NCBI GenBank assembly: GCA_963536495.1
Contig: CAUTAF010000003.1
Coordinates: 6,582 to 70,581 of the forward strand
DNA: 64,000 bases
Source: an uncultured Eubacteriales bacterium
GTDB lineage: Bacteria > Bacillota_I > Bacilli_A > RF39 > UBA660
Direction of reading: 5' to 3'
The notes beneath the pieces are model-generated. The model did not search any database, was not told where the DNA came from, and saw only the letters and a list, made by a program, of their open reading frames with translations. A program made the translations under genes and the position numbers. Below are positions 1-8,510 of the stretch, in pieces; the first letter of the stretch is position 1, and each line of letters opens with the position of its first letter.

Positions 1-98
1 TTCCCCACTAAACTATTAGCTATATTATCAGCTTTTACAATTAACATTGTTGATAAAAAAAGCATTATCAAACATATTTTTTTTATTATCGATTTCAT
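1..98 (-). CDS. Partial gene: N-terminus of a secreted or membrane protein, continuing past the left edge of the window
   Basis: ATG at 98-96 is preceded by AAGGAG (revcomp of 102-107). The reading frame MKSIIKKICLIMLFLSTMLIVKADNIANSLVG looks like a signal peptide and is still open at position 1. Confidence 0.3.
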   Translation of the reverse strand, partial: MKSIIKKICLIMLFLSTMLIVKADNIANSLVG

Positions 99-243
99 AA
101 ATCTCCTTTAATATATAATTTATAATCGGTATTAATCCAAATATAATACAATACAATTATATCATACTTTTTTAAAACAAAACTTCTTTACATAGTTTTT
201 GACATTATAATATTTTAATATTTCATTTATTTCTAAGTTCTTT

Positions 244-1857
244 TTACTTATTTATATCTTCGTATTTCTCTACTACTTTTCTATCATAAAAACGAATTTT
301 ACCACTTGGTAATAATAAAATTCTCTTTACTCCTAAATTATCTACAAAAGAAGGATTATGTGATACTACTAACATAGTTCCTTTATAATTTTTAAAAGTC
401 TCTGCTATTATTTTTTGAGTATCTTTATCTAAATGGTTAGTTGGTTCATCTAAAACTAAAACATTTGCTTTAGATAATGCTATTTTAGCAAGTGCTACTC
501 TTGCTCTTTCTCCTGGAGATAAAGTAGATATTTTCTTATAGATATCATCATTAAAAAACAAAAACCTTCCTAAAAAACTTCTTAGATTTTTATCATTAAT
601 ATTTTCATTTTCAAAATTTTCTAATATTGTTTTATCTTTATCTAAAGTTTCGTGTTCTTGTGCATAATATGCAAGTTTTACTTTTGTACCTATTTTTATT
701 TCTCCACTACTAGCTTTTAATTTATCTACAATTAATTTTAATAATGTAGATTTACCAACTCCATTTTTACCTACTATTAAAAACTTTTCTCCTCTTTCTA
801 TTTCAAAATATAAATTATGAATTATTACATCTTTATCGTATTTAAAATATAAATTTTTAGCTTTTATAGGTATAACAGAACTCTTTTCTTCAATATCCAT
901 ATTTATTTTTAGATGTTTTTGTTCTTTTACTACTTCAATTTTATTTTTTTGTAATTTTTCTAACTTCTTTTCTCTATCAAATACTACTCTTTTTCTCTTG
1001 CCAGAAGAAGAAGAGTATTTATCTATAAAATTTTTTAACTTTTTTTCTTCTGCTTGTTCTTTTTCTATTAATCTATTTAATGTTTTTTCTCTTTCTTTAT
1101 GTAATTTCATAAAATTATCATAATTACCATCAAAAAGTTCTATCTTTTTAGTTCTCTTATCAATAAAAAGTGTTTTAGTAGTTATTTCATTTAAAAAATT
1201 TATATCGTGAGATATTACATAAACACTTCCATTATAATTTTTTAAATAATTAGTTACGAAAGTTTTTGTATCTTCGTCTAAATGGTTAGTTGGTTCATCT
1301 AAAAGCATTATTTGAGGAGAAGAATATAAAACTCTTGCAAAAGTAATCTTTGATTTTTGACCTCCAGATATATCACTTAATTTACTACTTAATAATTTAT
1401 CATCTATTTTCATACCATAAATTATTTTAAGTAAATCTTCTTCCGCTTCCAGATATCTATAAAACTGTAATTTTTGTTCTATTTTATCAACTTTTTTAAA
1501 TAATAATTTTTGTTTCTTTTCACTTTCTTCTTGTGCTATTTCATTATATGTATTTTGTAAATCTTCTTCTAATTTCTTTATAGGTCTTCCACTTTCTAAA
1601 TAAGAAAAAACATCTATAGATAAATCATCTACTTCATCTTCTAAGACCTGTGGTATTAAATCTATATTATAACCTTCTTTAATAATTATTTTTCCTTCAT
1701 CTATATCAAGTCTTTTCATAATTACTTTAAAAAAAGTAGATTTACCTGCTCCATTAACTCCTACTATTCCTACTTTTTCATCTTCCGGTATATCTAAATC
1801 GACGTTTTTAAATACTTCATGAACTCCAAAGGAAAGAGATAAATTTTTAATTTTCAT
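244..1857 (-). CDS. ABC-F family ATP-binding cassette protein (tandem ABC ATPase domains, no transmembrane domain)
   Basis: Two Walker A motifs (GVNGAGKST and GKNGVGKST) and two ABC signature/Walker B regions (LSGGQK...LLDEPTNHLD and LSPGERAR...LVLDEPTNHLD) separated by a charged linker. This is the EttA/Uup/ARE-like architecture. Confidence 0.85.
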   Translation of the reverse strand: MKIKNLSLSFGVHEVFKNVDLDIPEDEKVGIVGVNGAGKSTFFKVIMKRLDIDEGKIIIKEGYNIDLIPQVLEDEVDDLSIDVFSYLESGRPIKKLEEDLQNTYNEIAQEESEKKQKLLFKKVDKIEQKLQFYRYLEAEEDLLKIIYGMKIDDKLLSSKLSDISGGQKSKITFARVLYSSPQIMLLDEPTNHLDEDTKTFVTNYLKNYNGSVYVISHDINFLNEITTKTLFIDKRTKKIELFDGNYDNFMKLHKEREKTLNRLIEKEQAEEKKLKNFIDKYSSSSGKRKRVVFDREKKLEKLQKNKIEVVKEQKHLKINMDIEEKSSVIPIKAKNLYFKYDKDVIIHNLYFEIERGEKFLIVGKNGVGKSTLLKLIVDKLKASSGEIKIGTKVKLAYYAQEHETLDKDKTILENFENENINDKNLRSFLGRFLFFNDDIYKKISTLSPGERARVALAKIALSKANVLVLDEPTNHLDKDTQKIIAETFKNYKGTMLVVSHNPSFVDNLGVKRILLLPSGKIRFYDRKVVEKYEDINK

Positions 1858-2368
1858 ATTTACCTCTATTATTTTGATAATATTCTAATATTTTTAATAA
1901 TTCTTTTTTTAAGAATATATTTCTTGGATTATTATTTTTATTATTTATAATTATATTTTCTAAATCTTTTATTTTAACTAACTCTAACTTAAAATTATCT
2001 TTAATTTCTTTTTCTGTTAAACTTTGTTTACCTATTCCTTTATATTTAGAAACAAAATAACTTGTTTTTATTAATCTATTAATTATCTTTTTATCTCTTG
2101 TTGGATAATCTTTTTGATAATAAATTACTTTAGTTAAATATTTTAATTCATTTTTTAAATAATCTTTACCTACTTCTTCTTTTAATTCTCTTATAAGAGA
2201 GTTTTTATTTTCTTCATTATCTTCTTTTTTTCCACCTGGAAGAAGATAAGCATCGTAATAATTAACAACTAATATATTATTATCATCTATTAATAATGCT
2301 CTTACTTTTTCTTTTTCTTCTTTAATATCTTTTAATTTTAAATTATCATCATTTATTACTATAGTCAT
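1847..2368 (-). CDS. NUDIX hydrolase
   Basis: Nudix box GGKKEDNEENKNSLIRELKEEVG (GX5EX7REUXEEXGU). 173 aa. Overlaps the upstream ORF by 4 nt. Confidence 0.7.
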   Translation of the reverse strand: MTIVINDDNLKLKDIKEEKEKVRALLIDDNNILVVNYYDAYLLPGGKKEDNEENKNSLIRELKEEVGKDYLKNELKYLTKVIYYQKDYPTRDKKIINRLIKTSYFVSKYKGIGKQSLTEKEIKDNFKLELVKIKDLENIIINNKNNNPRNIFLKKELLKILEYYQNNRGKYEN

Positions 2369-3468
2369 TTTCTTTTTCCTATTCTTAAATTAAGACTATC
2401 ACTATCTACATTAACTTCATTTATTATTCTTATATCATTTCTATGTTCTGTTATTCTATACATTAAATTAATCAATTCTTCTGTTTTTAAATAACTTATT
2501 TTATCTTCTTTATCATGTACTTTATCATACCAAGATTTAACTTCAGAATAAACGTTCTTATAATCGTTAAAATTTGGATATTCTTTAATAGCACTTTCTA
2601 ATGCTTTAAAACTATTTTCAACATTTCTTGAAAGTATTTCATGATATCTATATGATAAAACCTGCATACTTGGAACAACAATATTTGTTATACCTTTTTT
2701 CTTAAGTTCATCCATAAACAAAATAAGTGCATAAACTTTACTAGGATGAACATCAGGATTTTCAATTCCTTTATTTAATTTATATAATTTTCTTTCAATA
2801 GCTTTACTCTTATTTCCATCCTTATTTTGAATACCATATATATAACAATTGTTATTATCATCTATATCATACAAGACATATGGAAGAAGATATTCTTCTT
2901 CATTGTTTTTAATAGTAAAAACCATACTCCTAGTAGTTTCATCATATGTTTTATTAACTACAGTTTTTCTTGTAACATCATAGTCAAAAAAACTATTTAC
3001 TTTTTCTTCTTTATAATCAAAAGTTTTATTATTTACAAACTGTAATTGTTTTTCTAAAAACATATCAATATTTTCTACATCTTCTATTCCCATTCTAAGC
3101 CATATATATCTCATTAAACTAATTGCTATATTTCTTGAATCTATATCATTATTACTTTCTTTATATAAGACTTTTAATGAATTAGTAATATTCATTAAAT
3201 ATTTAAAAAATTGAAGACTATTTTCTATCTTTATAGTTAAAGCATCATCATTTGATCTATCTATTAAAAATTTTATATCAGACTTTTTAACATTAGGAGT
3301 CCAACAACCCTCTTTTTCAAACGGATCATAAACTACATGTTTAAAAAGTCTTAATCCATCTTCATCAAAATGAAAATTAAGATTAGGAGCTTCTATTTCT
3401 TCTTTTAGTTCATGAATAGTTTTAATTAAAAAGAGTTCAATAATTTCCATTAATTCAATTTTTTCCAT
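2365..3468 (-). CDS. Hypothetical protein (367 aa), no recognisable domain
   Basis: Long ORF with an RBS, co-directional with and stop/start-coupled to the NUDIX gene. Confidence 0.5.
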   Translation of the reverse strand: MEKIELMEIIELFLIKTIHELKEEIEAPNLNFHFDEDGLRLFKHVVYDPFEKEGCWTPNVKKSDIKFLIDRSNDDALTIKIENSLQFFKYLMNITNSLKVLYKESNNDIDSRNIAISLMRYIWLRMGIEDVENIDMFLEKQLQFVNNKTFDYKEEKVNSFFDYDVTRKTVVNKTYDETTRSMVFTIKNNEEEYLLPYVLYDIDDNNNCYIYGIQNKDGNKSKAIERKLYKLNKGIENPDVHPSKVYALILFMDELKKKGITNIVVPSMQVLSYRYHEILSRNVENSFKALESAIKEYPNFNDYKNVYSEVKSWYDKVHDKEDKISYLKTEELINLMYRITEHRNDIRIINEVNVDSDSLNLRIGKRK

Positions 3469-3503
3469 AACTTTTTCTTTCTTGGTCTATATTATATCAT
3501 ATC

Positions 3504-3536
3504 TTTTAAAAGTAAAAACGAGTTATTAAAACTCGT
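3504..3536 (-). terminator. Intrinsic terminator downstream of tRNA-Leu(CAA)
   Basis: 7-bp stem acgagtt/aactcgt with loop attaa, followed on the minus strand by a U-rich run. Confidence 0.5.
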
Positions 3537-3549
3537 CTTAATTTTAAAA

Positions 3550-3634
3550 TGGTGCCACGAGTGGGACTCGAACCCACATGAATTTCTTCGCACGATTTTG
3601 AGTCGTGTGCGTCTACCAATTCCGCCATCATGGC
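3550..3634 (-). tRNA. tRNA-Leu (anticodon CAA), type II with long variable arm, encoded CCA
   Basis: Revcomp gccatgatggcggaattggtagacgcacacgactCAAaatcgtg...gagtcccactcgtggcacca. Acceptor stem pairs (one G-U). D-arm GCGG/AATTGGTAGA/CGC. Anticodon loop cuCAAaa. T-loop GGTTCGAGTCC. Confidence 0.9.
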
Positions 3635-3654
3635 AGCAATCTAATTATATCATA

Positions 3655-3730
3655 AAATATAATTAGATTAATATTTATTTATCTTCTTTTTCTAACTCAA
3701 TATTTTCTATCTTATATGAAGAATCTATAT
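3655..3730. repeat. Direct repeat copy A (76 bp): duplicate of the valS 3' end plus 20 nt of 3' flank
   Basis: aaatataattagattaatatttatttatcttctttttctaaCtcaatattttctatcttatatgaagaatctat matches 4370-4445 with a single mismatch. Confidence 0.9.
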
Positions 3731-3765
3731 ATTTGATTTTGCTAATATTGGCCTAATCATTAAAT

Positions 3766-4356
3766 TTATCTATTTTTTGATTTATTGTTTACAGAAATAA
3801 ACCATTTACCAATGCTTGTGTTCATAAAAGCATCTAATTCTTCTTGTGTTTTTATTTGCTTTGTTTTAAATAAAGGATCACATACTATAAATTTACCATC
3901 ACTATAACCAGATATTAAAATAGCATGATACGCCCCTGGAATTTCACCAGCTACTATTACAATATTCCCTTTTTCTAATTTTTTTCTTATCAATTGAGAA
4001 TTAATTTTAATCCCATTAATAATATTGGCACCTGTCATTTTAGCTCTATCTAGCATCTCAGTATACTCTGACATTGCAAATTGAAAAATTTTTTTACTTA
4101 ATGCTCCTTTATTGTTGTTAAACAGATTCAATTCTTCATGATATAGTGAAGTATCTAATCCGTTTTTTGCAAAATGAAATGCTAAAGCGGAAAATGGAGT
4201 ACCACTCATATATTTCGAACCGTAAATTCTATAATATCTTTTTTCATCATCCCAATTTGCTTTTTCCATTACTCCAAAATATTCTAGCGCCATCATCATA
4301 CACGCAATAGCACATGTATCACCTCTTTGCTTATAAATTTTTACATCTTTATCCAT
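3766..4356 (-). CDS. Peptidase C39-like (papain-fold Cys/His) domain protein, 196 aa, no signal peptide
   Basis: N-terminal GDTCAIACMMMALEYFG (catalytic Cys context), later AYHAILISGY (His) and CDPLF (Asp). This resembles Peptidase_C39_2/BtrH-like domains. RBS AAGGAT upstream. Confidence 0.5.
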   Translation of the reverse strand: MDKDVKIYKQRGDTCAIACMMMALEYFGVMEKANWDDEKRYYRIYGSKYMSGTPFSALAFHFAKNGLDTSLYHEELNLFNNNKGALSKKIFQFAMSEYTEMLDRAKMTGANIINGIKINSQLIRKKLEKGNIVIVAGEIPGAYHAILISGYSDGKFIVCDPLFKTKQIKTQEELDAFMNTSIGKWFISVNNKSKNR

Positions 4357-4369
4357 CTATATAATCCTT

Positions 4370-4445
4370 AAATATAATTAGATTAATATTTATTTATCTT
4401 CTTTTTCTAATTCAATATTTTCTATCTTATATGAAGAATCTATTA
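4370..4445. repeat. Direct repeat copy B (76 bp): the authentic 3' end of valS (last 17 codons + stop + 20 nt)
   Basis: Same sequence as 3655-3730. Lies in-frame inside valS (…IDSSYKIENIELEKEDK*). Confidence 0.9.
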
Positions 4446-6789
4446 TATTAAATTTAATATTTTCAATAGTAAGTGTTGCTTTAAAATCTTTTAATGCTTT
4501 GTTTATAGCATCTTTTATTTTATCGCTACAAGATATTTCAAAATTCTTAATAACTGTTTTTAATGAAACATTATTAACTGTCTTATATCCTCTAACTTCA
4601 CTTATTATATCTATTAAAGTATCAGATTCTTCTATATTAAAATTATATTCTACTTCTTTTAATTCTTCTTTATGAACTGATATTTTATCATGATATATTT
4701 CTTGATATATCTCTTCAGTTATAAAAGGAAAATATATTGAAAAGTTAATTAAAAGTTTTTTAAGTAAAGTATATACTGTTTTTTGACCTGAATATCTAGC
4801 TAAATCTCCAAACTCTTCTGGTCTATAAAGTCTATGTTTAACTATTTCTATATAGTTATCACAGAAATTCCAGAAGAATTTTTCTAATGTATTTAAAGCA
4901 AGACCTACTTCATAATGATCTAAATATGAGATAAATTGTGTTTCTAATTCTTTATACTTTTGTAAAATATATTTATCAAAATATTCATAATCATTAAATT
5001 CTTTATCTTCAAAGTCTTCTAAATGCATCTCAATAAACTTAGAAACATTCCATATTTTATTAATTAATTTCTTAGCTCTTAGTAAAGTTTCTTCAGAATA
5101 AGTAATATCTGTTCCAAGACGACCTGATGCTGTCCAATATCTTACTACATCACTAGAATAATTATCTATTAGTTCAATTGGATCAAACTTAGAATTACCT
5201 TTACTCTTAGATATTTTTTCACCTTTAGATGCCATTACAAATCCTGTAATCATTACATCTGTCCATGGTAATTCTTTAAAATGATAAAAACTCTTAACTA
5301 TTGTATAAAAATCCCATGTTCTAATAATATCACTAGAATTAGTTCTAAGAGACATTGGTCTTAATATGTCTTCATAGTTTTCTTTTTCACCATAACGCAT
5401 ATTAATAAGAGGTGTTACTGAACTAGTTGCCCATGTATCTAATACATCAGTTTCCGCTATCACTTCTTCTCTTTTATAACCTTTTGGTAAATCTACTAAA
5501 GGATTAACTGGTAAATCTTCTTCATCTGCTACTATTACTTCTAAAGTATCTTTTTTATACCAAACTGGAAAAGGTACACCAAAATATCTTTGTCTTGAAA
5601 TACACCAGTCCCATGCTATGTTTTTTACCCATTCTTCATATCTTTTTTGCATGTAACTTGGATTCCAATTAATTTTATTACCTTGTTCTAATAGTTCATC
5701 TTTATGATTAATTATATCGATAAACCACTGATTCATAACAGAATATTCTACTTCTTTACCACATCTTTCATGAACTTGAACTTCGTGTTCTATTTCTTCT
5801 TGTTTTACTAAAACCTTAGCTTCTTCTAAATCTTTAAGTATCTCTTCTCTAGCTGCTTTTATCTTTAAACCACCATATTTTTTTATAGATTCTTTTATTT
5901 TTCCATCTTCTGTAAAAATATTTTTTAGTTCTAAATTATATTTTTTCCACCACTCGATATCTGTTTGATCTCCAAAAGTACAGCACATTACTATACCTGT
6001 ACCTTTATCAACTGCTACTTTTTCGTCCCCTAATATCTTAACTTTTTGTTCTACTACAGGAATAACTGCAGTTTTACCAATTAAATGTTTATTTTTTTCA
6101 TCATTTGGATTAACAAATACAGCAACTATTGCAGGTAATAATTCTGGTCTAGTTGTTGCAATAGTAAAAGTTTCATTATCTTCTAAAGTAGTAAAGTTTA
6201 TATAGTTAAATAGCGTTTTAAGACTTTTAGTTTCTAGTTCTGCTTGAGCAATAGAAGTTCTACATTCATTACACCATAAAGCTGGACTTTCTTTATGATA
6301 TGCTAAGTTTTTCTTATATAAATCTAAGAATGATTTTTGACTTATTTTAATAGATTCTTCACTAACTGTTTTATAAGAATGATTCCAATCACTACTTATA
6401 CCAGATTTTGTAAATAATGTTTTAAATTCTTTTTCATATTTATCAGTTATATCATAGCAATATTTTCTAAACTCTTCTCTTGATATTTCATGAGCTCTTA
6501 AAGATAATTCTTTTTCAACTAATCTTTCACTAGGTAAACCATTATCATCAAAACCAAATGGATAAAAAACATTGAATCCTCTTAATCTTTTATATCTAGC
6601 TAACATATCTGCTTGATTATAAGAAAATATATGTCCTATATGTATCTTACCATTTACTGTTGGTGGTGGTGTATCTATTGAATAGACTGTTTTATTATCA
6701 TCTCTTTTAAAAGCATATACTTTATTATCTTGCCAGTAATTACTCCATTTTTCTTCTTTTTCTTTAAAAGAATATTTTTTATCTAACAT
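4390..6789 (-). CDS. valS: Valine--tRNA ligase (short form lacking the C-terminal coiled-coil)
   Basis: Class I HIGH (TPPPTVNGKIHIGH) and KMSKS (KISKSKGN) motifs. ATTRPELLPAIVAVFVNPNDEKNKHLIGKTAVIPV aligns with the ValRS editing-domain region. WCISRQRYFGVPFP and DVLDTWATSS motifs present. Confidence 0.85.
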   Translation of the reverse strand: MLDKKYSFKEKEEKWSNYWQDNKVYAFKRDDNKTVYSIDTPPPTVNGKIHIGHIFSYNQADMLARYKRLRGFNVFYPFGFDDNGLPSERLVEKELSLRAHEISREEFRKYCYDITDKYEKEFKTLFTKSGISSDWNHSYKTVSEESIKISQKSFLDLYKKNLAYHKESPALWCNECRTSIAQAELETKSLKTLFNYINFTTLEDNETFTIATTRPELLPAIVAVFVNPNDEKNKHLIGKTAVIPVVEQKVKILGDEKVAVDKGTGIVMCCTFGDQTDIEWWKKYNLELKNIFTEDGKIKESIKKYGGLKIKAAREEILKDLEEAKVLVKQEEIEHEVQVHERCGKEVEYSVMNQWFIDIINHKDELLEQGNKINWNPSYMQKRYEEWVKNIAWDWCISRQRYFGVPFPVWYKKDTLEVIVADEEDLPVNPLVDLPKGYKREEVIAETDVLDTWATSSVTPLINMRYGEKENYEDILRPMSLRTNSSDIIRTWDFYTIVKSFYHFKELPWTDVMITGFVMASKGEKISKSKGNSKFDPIELIDNYSSDVVRYWTASGRLGTDITYSEETLLRAKKLINKIWNVSKFIEMHLEDFEDKEFNDYEYFDKYILQKYKELETQFISYLDHYEVGLALNTLEKFFWNFCDNYIEIVKHRLYRPEEFGDLARYSGQKTVYTLLKKLLINFSIYFPFITEEIYQEIYHDKISVHKEELKEVEYNFNIEESDTLIDIISEVRGYKTVNNVSLKTVIKNFEISCSDKIKDAINKALKDFKATLTIENIKFNIIDSSYKIENIELEKEDK

Positions 6790-7031
6790 CTTTTCCTCCT
6801 ATAAAAAAAGCACTCTTTATATATTAAAGAGTGCTTTACACGGTACCATCTTTTGTTTTTCTTAATTACTATAACGGTCTACTCCGTCTTACTCTACTTA
6901 TTTTCAAGTAAGAAACTCCCAAGCTACATATTATAAACTAATTTTAAACTTGCACCAACCGTTTAATCTCTAAAAATTCTATTTATAATACCTCTTGATC
7001 AATGTCTATATAAGCTATAATAACAAATTTA
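6790..7031 (-). promoter_or_regulatory. T-box leader (tRNA-sensing riboswitch) upstream of valS
   Basis: Minus-strand RNA has a UGGUUGGUG stem I element, the 3' T-box remnant GAUGGUACCGUG, and then the terminator hairpin aaagcacucuuuaauauauaaagagugcuuuuuuu 10 nt before the valS RBS. Confidence 0.6.
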
Positions 7032-8441
7032 TTATATTCTTTCAATCTTAATTAAATCTGTATCTTTATTATTACTTCCACCAGTAATGATTACTAAATC
7101 ATCATCTGATAAATTTAAAGCTTCTTTTGTTCTAACTTTACTTTCTTTTATTACTTCTTCAATAGTATCAAATCTATTTACTTTTATTGATGTTACTCCA
7201 TATGCAAGTGCTAAAAATCTTGCTATTTTTTCATCTAAACAAGTTGCTACTATTGGTAAATTTGGTCTTAATGTACTTAAAAGAATAGCTGTTTTACCTG
7301 TAGTTGTTGGAACTATTATACACTTAGCATCTAATTCTTCAGTTGCTAAATTAGCAAGTCTTGCTATTGTTGATGCAATATGATCTTCTGTATAATATGG
7401 TAATATTTTTTTCATTAAATCAGGATTAGCTTCTGAAGTTTTACATAAAGTCTTCATATATCTTACTGTTTCAACTGGATATTGACCTATTGTAGTTTCT
7501 CCACTTAACATAACTGCATCTGCCATATCAAATACTGCATTACATACATCAGTAAGCTCTGCTCTTGTAGGTCTTGGTGAATCGATCATACTTCCCATCA
7601 TTTCAGTTGCAACTATAGCAAGTTTATTCTTCATTTTAGCTTTCTTAACAAATTTCTTTTGAATTATAGGTACTTGTTCAACATCTACTTCTAATGCTAA
7701 GTCCCCTCTTGCTATCATTATTCCATCTACTTCATCTAATATTTCATCGATATTTACTAAAGCTGAATAACTTTCAATCTTAGCTATAATCTTAGGAACT
7801 TCATAACCTAATGATCTAACATATTCTTTTACTTCTAAAATGTTGTTTCTTGTTTGGACAAATGATAAAGCTAAGAATGTAGTATTATTTTCTAAAGCTT
7901 TTTTAATCATTATTCTATCTTTATCTTCTAAGAAATCTACATCATAGAAAAGTCCTGGTACATTAACTCCTCTTCTATCTTTAATTTTACAATCGTTTGC
8001 TATAAAACATTTAACTTCATCACTACTTACTTCTACTACTTTTAAAGTTAATAAACCATCATTTAAGTAAACTGTATCTCCTACTTTTAAGTTATCAATT
8101 AAACTCTTATTGTTAATAGTGAATTTAGTTTCATCTCCAACTATATTTTCTCTTACTATACTAACATAGTTACCTTTTCTTAAAGTTACTTCTCCGTTAA
8201 TAAATGTACCTGTTCTAATTTTAGGACCAGCTATATCAAATAATATTGCTACATTTGTATTTAATTCTTTATTAGCATTAGCAACATTACTTACTACAGC
8301 AGCTATTTCTTCATCAGTTGCATGACTTCCATTAACTCTAGCAACATTCATACCTTCTTTTGCTAATTCTTTAAATACTTCATAATTATATGTAGATGGA
8401 CCTATAGTACATATTAATTTTGTTTTGCTATCTTCTAACAT
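7032..8441 (-). CDS. pyk: Pyruvate kinase
   Basis: 469 aa. N-terminal TKLICTIGP, and MIARGDLALEV/SGETTIG motifs. Confidence 0.9.
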   Translation of the reverse strand: MLEDSKTKLICTIGPSTYNYEVFKELAKEGMNVARVNGSHATDEEIAAVVSNVANANKELNTNVAILFDIAGPKIRTGTFINGEVTLRKGNYVSIVRENIVGDETKFTINNKSLIDNLKVGDTVYLNDGLLTLKVVEVSSDEVKCFIANDCKIKDRRGVNVPGLFYDVDFLEDKDRIMIKKALENNTTFLALSFVQTRNNILEVKEYVRSLGYEVPKIIAKIESYSALVNIDEILDEVDGIMIARGDLALEVDVEQVPIIQKKFVKKAKMKNKLAIVATEMMGSMIDSPRPTRAELTDVCNAVFDMADAVMLSGETTIGQYPVETVRYMKTLCKTSEANPDLMKKILPYYTEDHIASTIARLANLATEELDAKCIIVPTTTGKTAILLSTLRPNLPIVATCLDEKIARFLALAYGVTSIKVNRFDTIEEVIKESKVRTKEALNLSDDDLVIITGGSNNKDTDLIKIERI

Positions 8442-8479
8442 TTTCTACCTCCGACTGTAAGATTATATCATAAAGACGA

Positions 8480-8510
8480 AAAAAAACCAATAAATTTTTG
8501 GTCTTTTTTA
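8480..8510 (-). terminator. Probable intrinsic terminator after the hisS-aspS operon
   Basis: aaaaaaccaa-taaattt-ttggtctttttt: a short stem ACCAA/TTGGT flanked by A/T runs, immediately 3' of the aspS stop. Confidence 0.4.

Noticed and set aside
2827-3045. 72-aa plus-strand ORF
   Set aside because: It lies entirely antisense within the 367-aa gene and is a low-complexity I/F/Y-rich translation, which is a typical artefact of AT-rich DNA.
3638-4445. IS element, phage or integrase associated with the direct repeats
   Set aside because: There is no transposase, integrase or recombinase ORF. There are no inverted repeats at the cassette ends. It has only one cargo gene. I therefore call it a remnant or minimal cassette, not an active mobile element.
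7087-7383. 98-aa plus-strand ORF inside pyk
   Set aside because: It is antisense to a well-supported pyruvate kinase gene and has no RBS.
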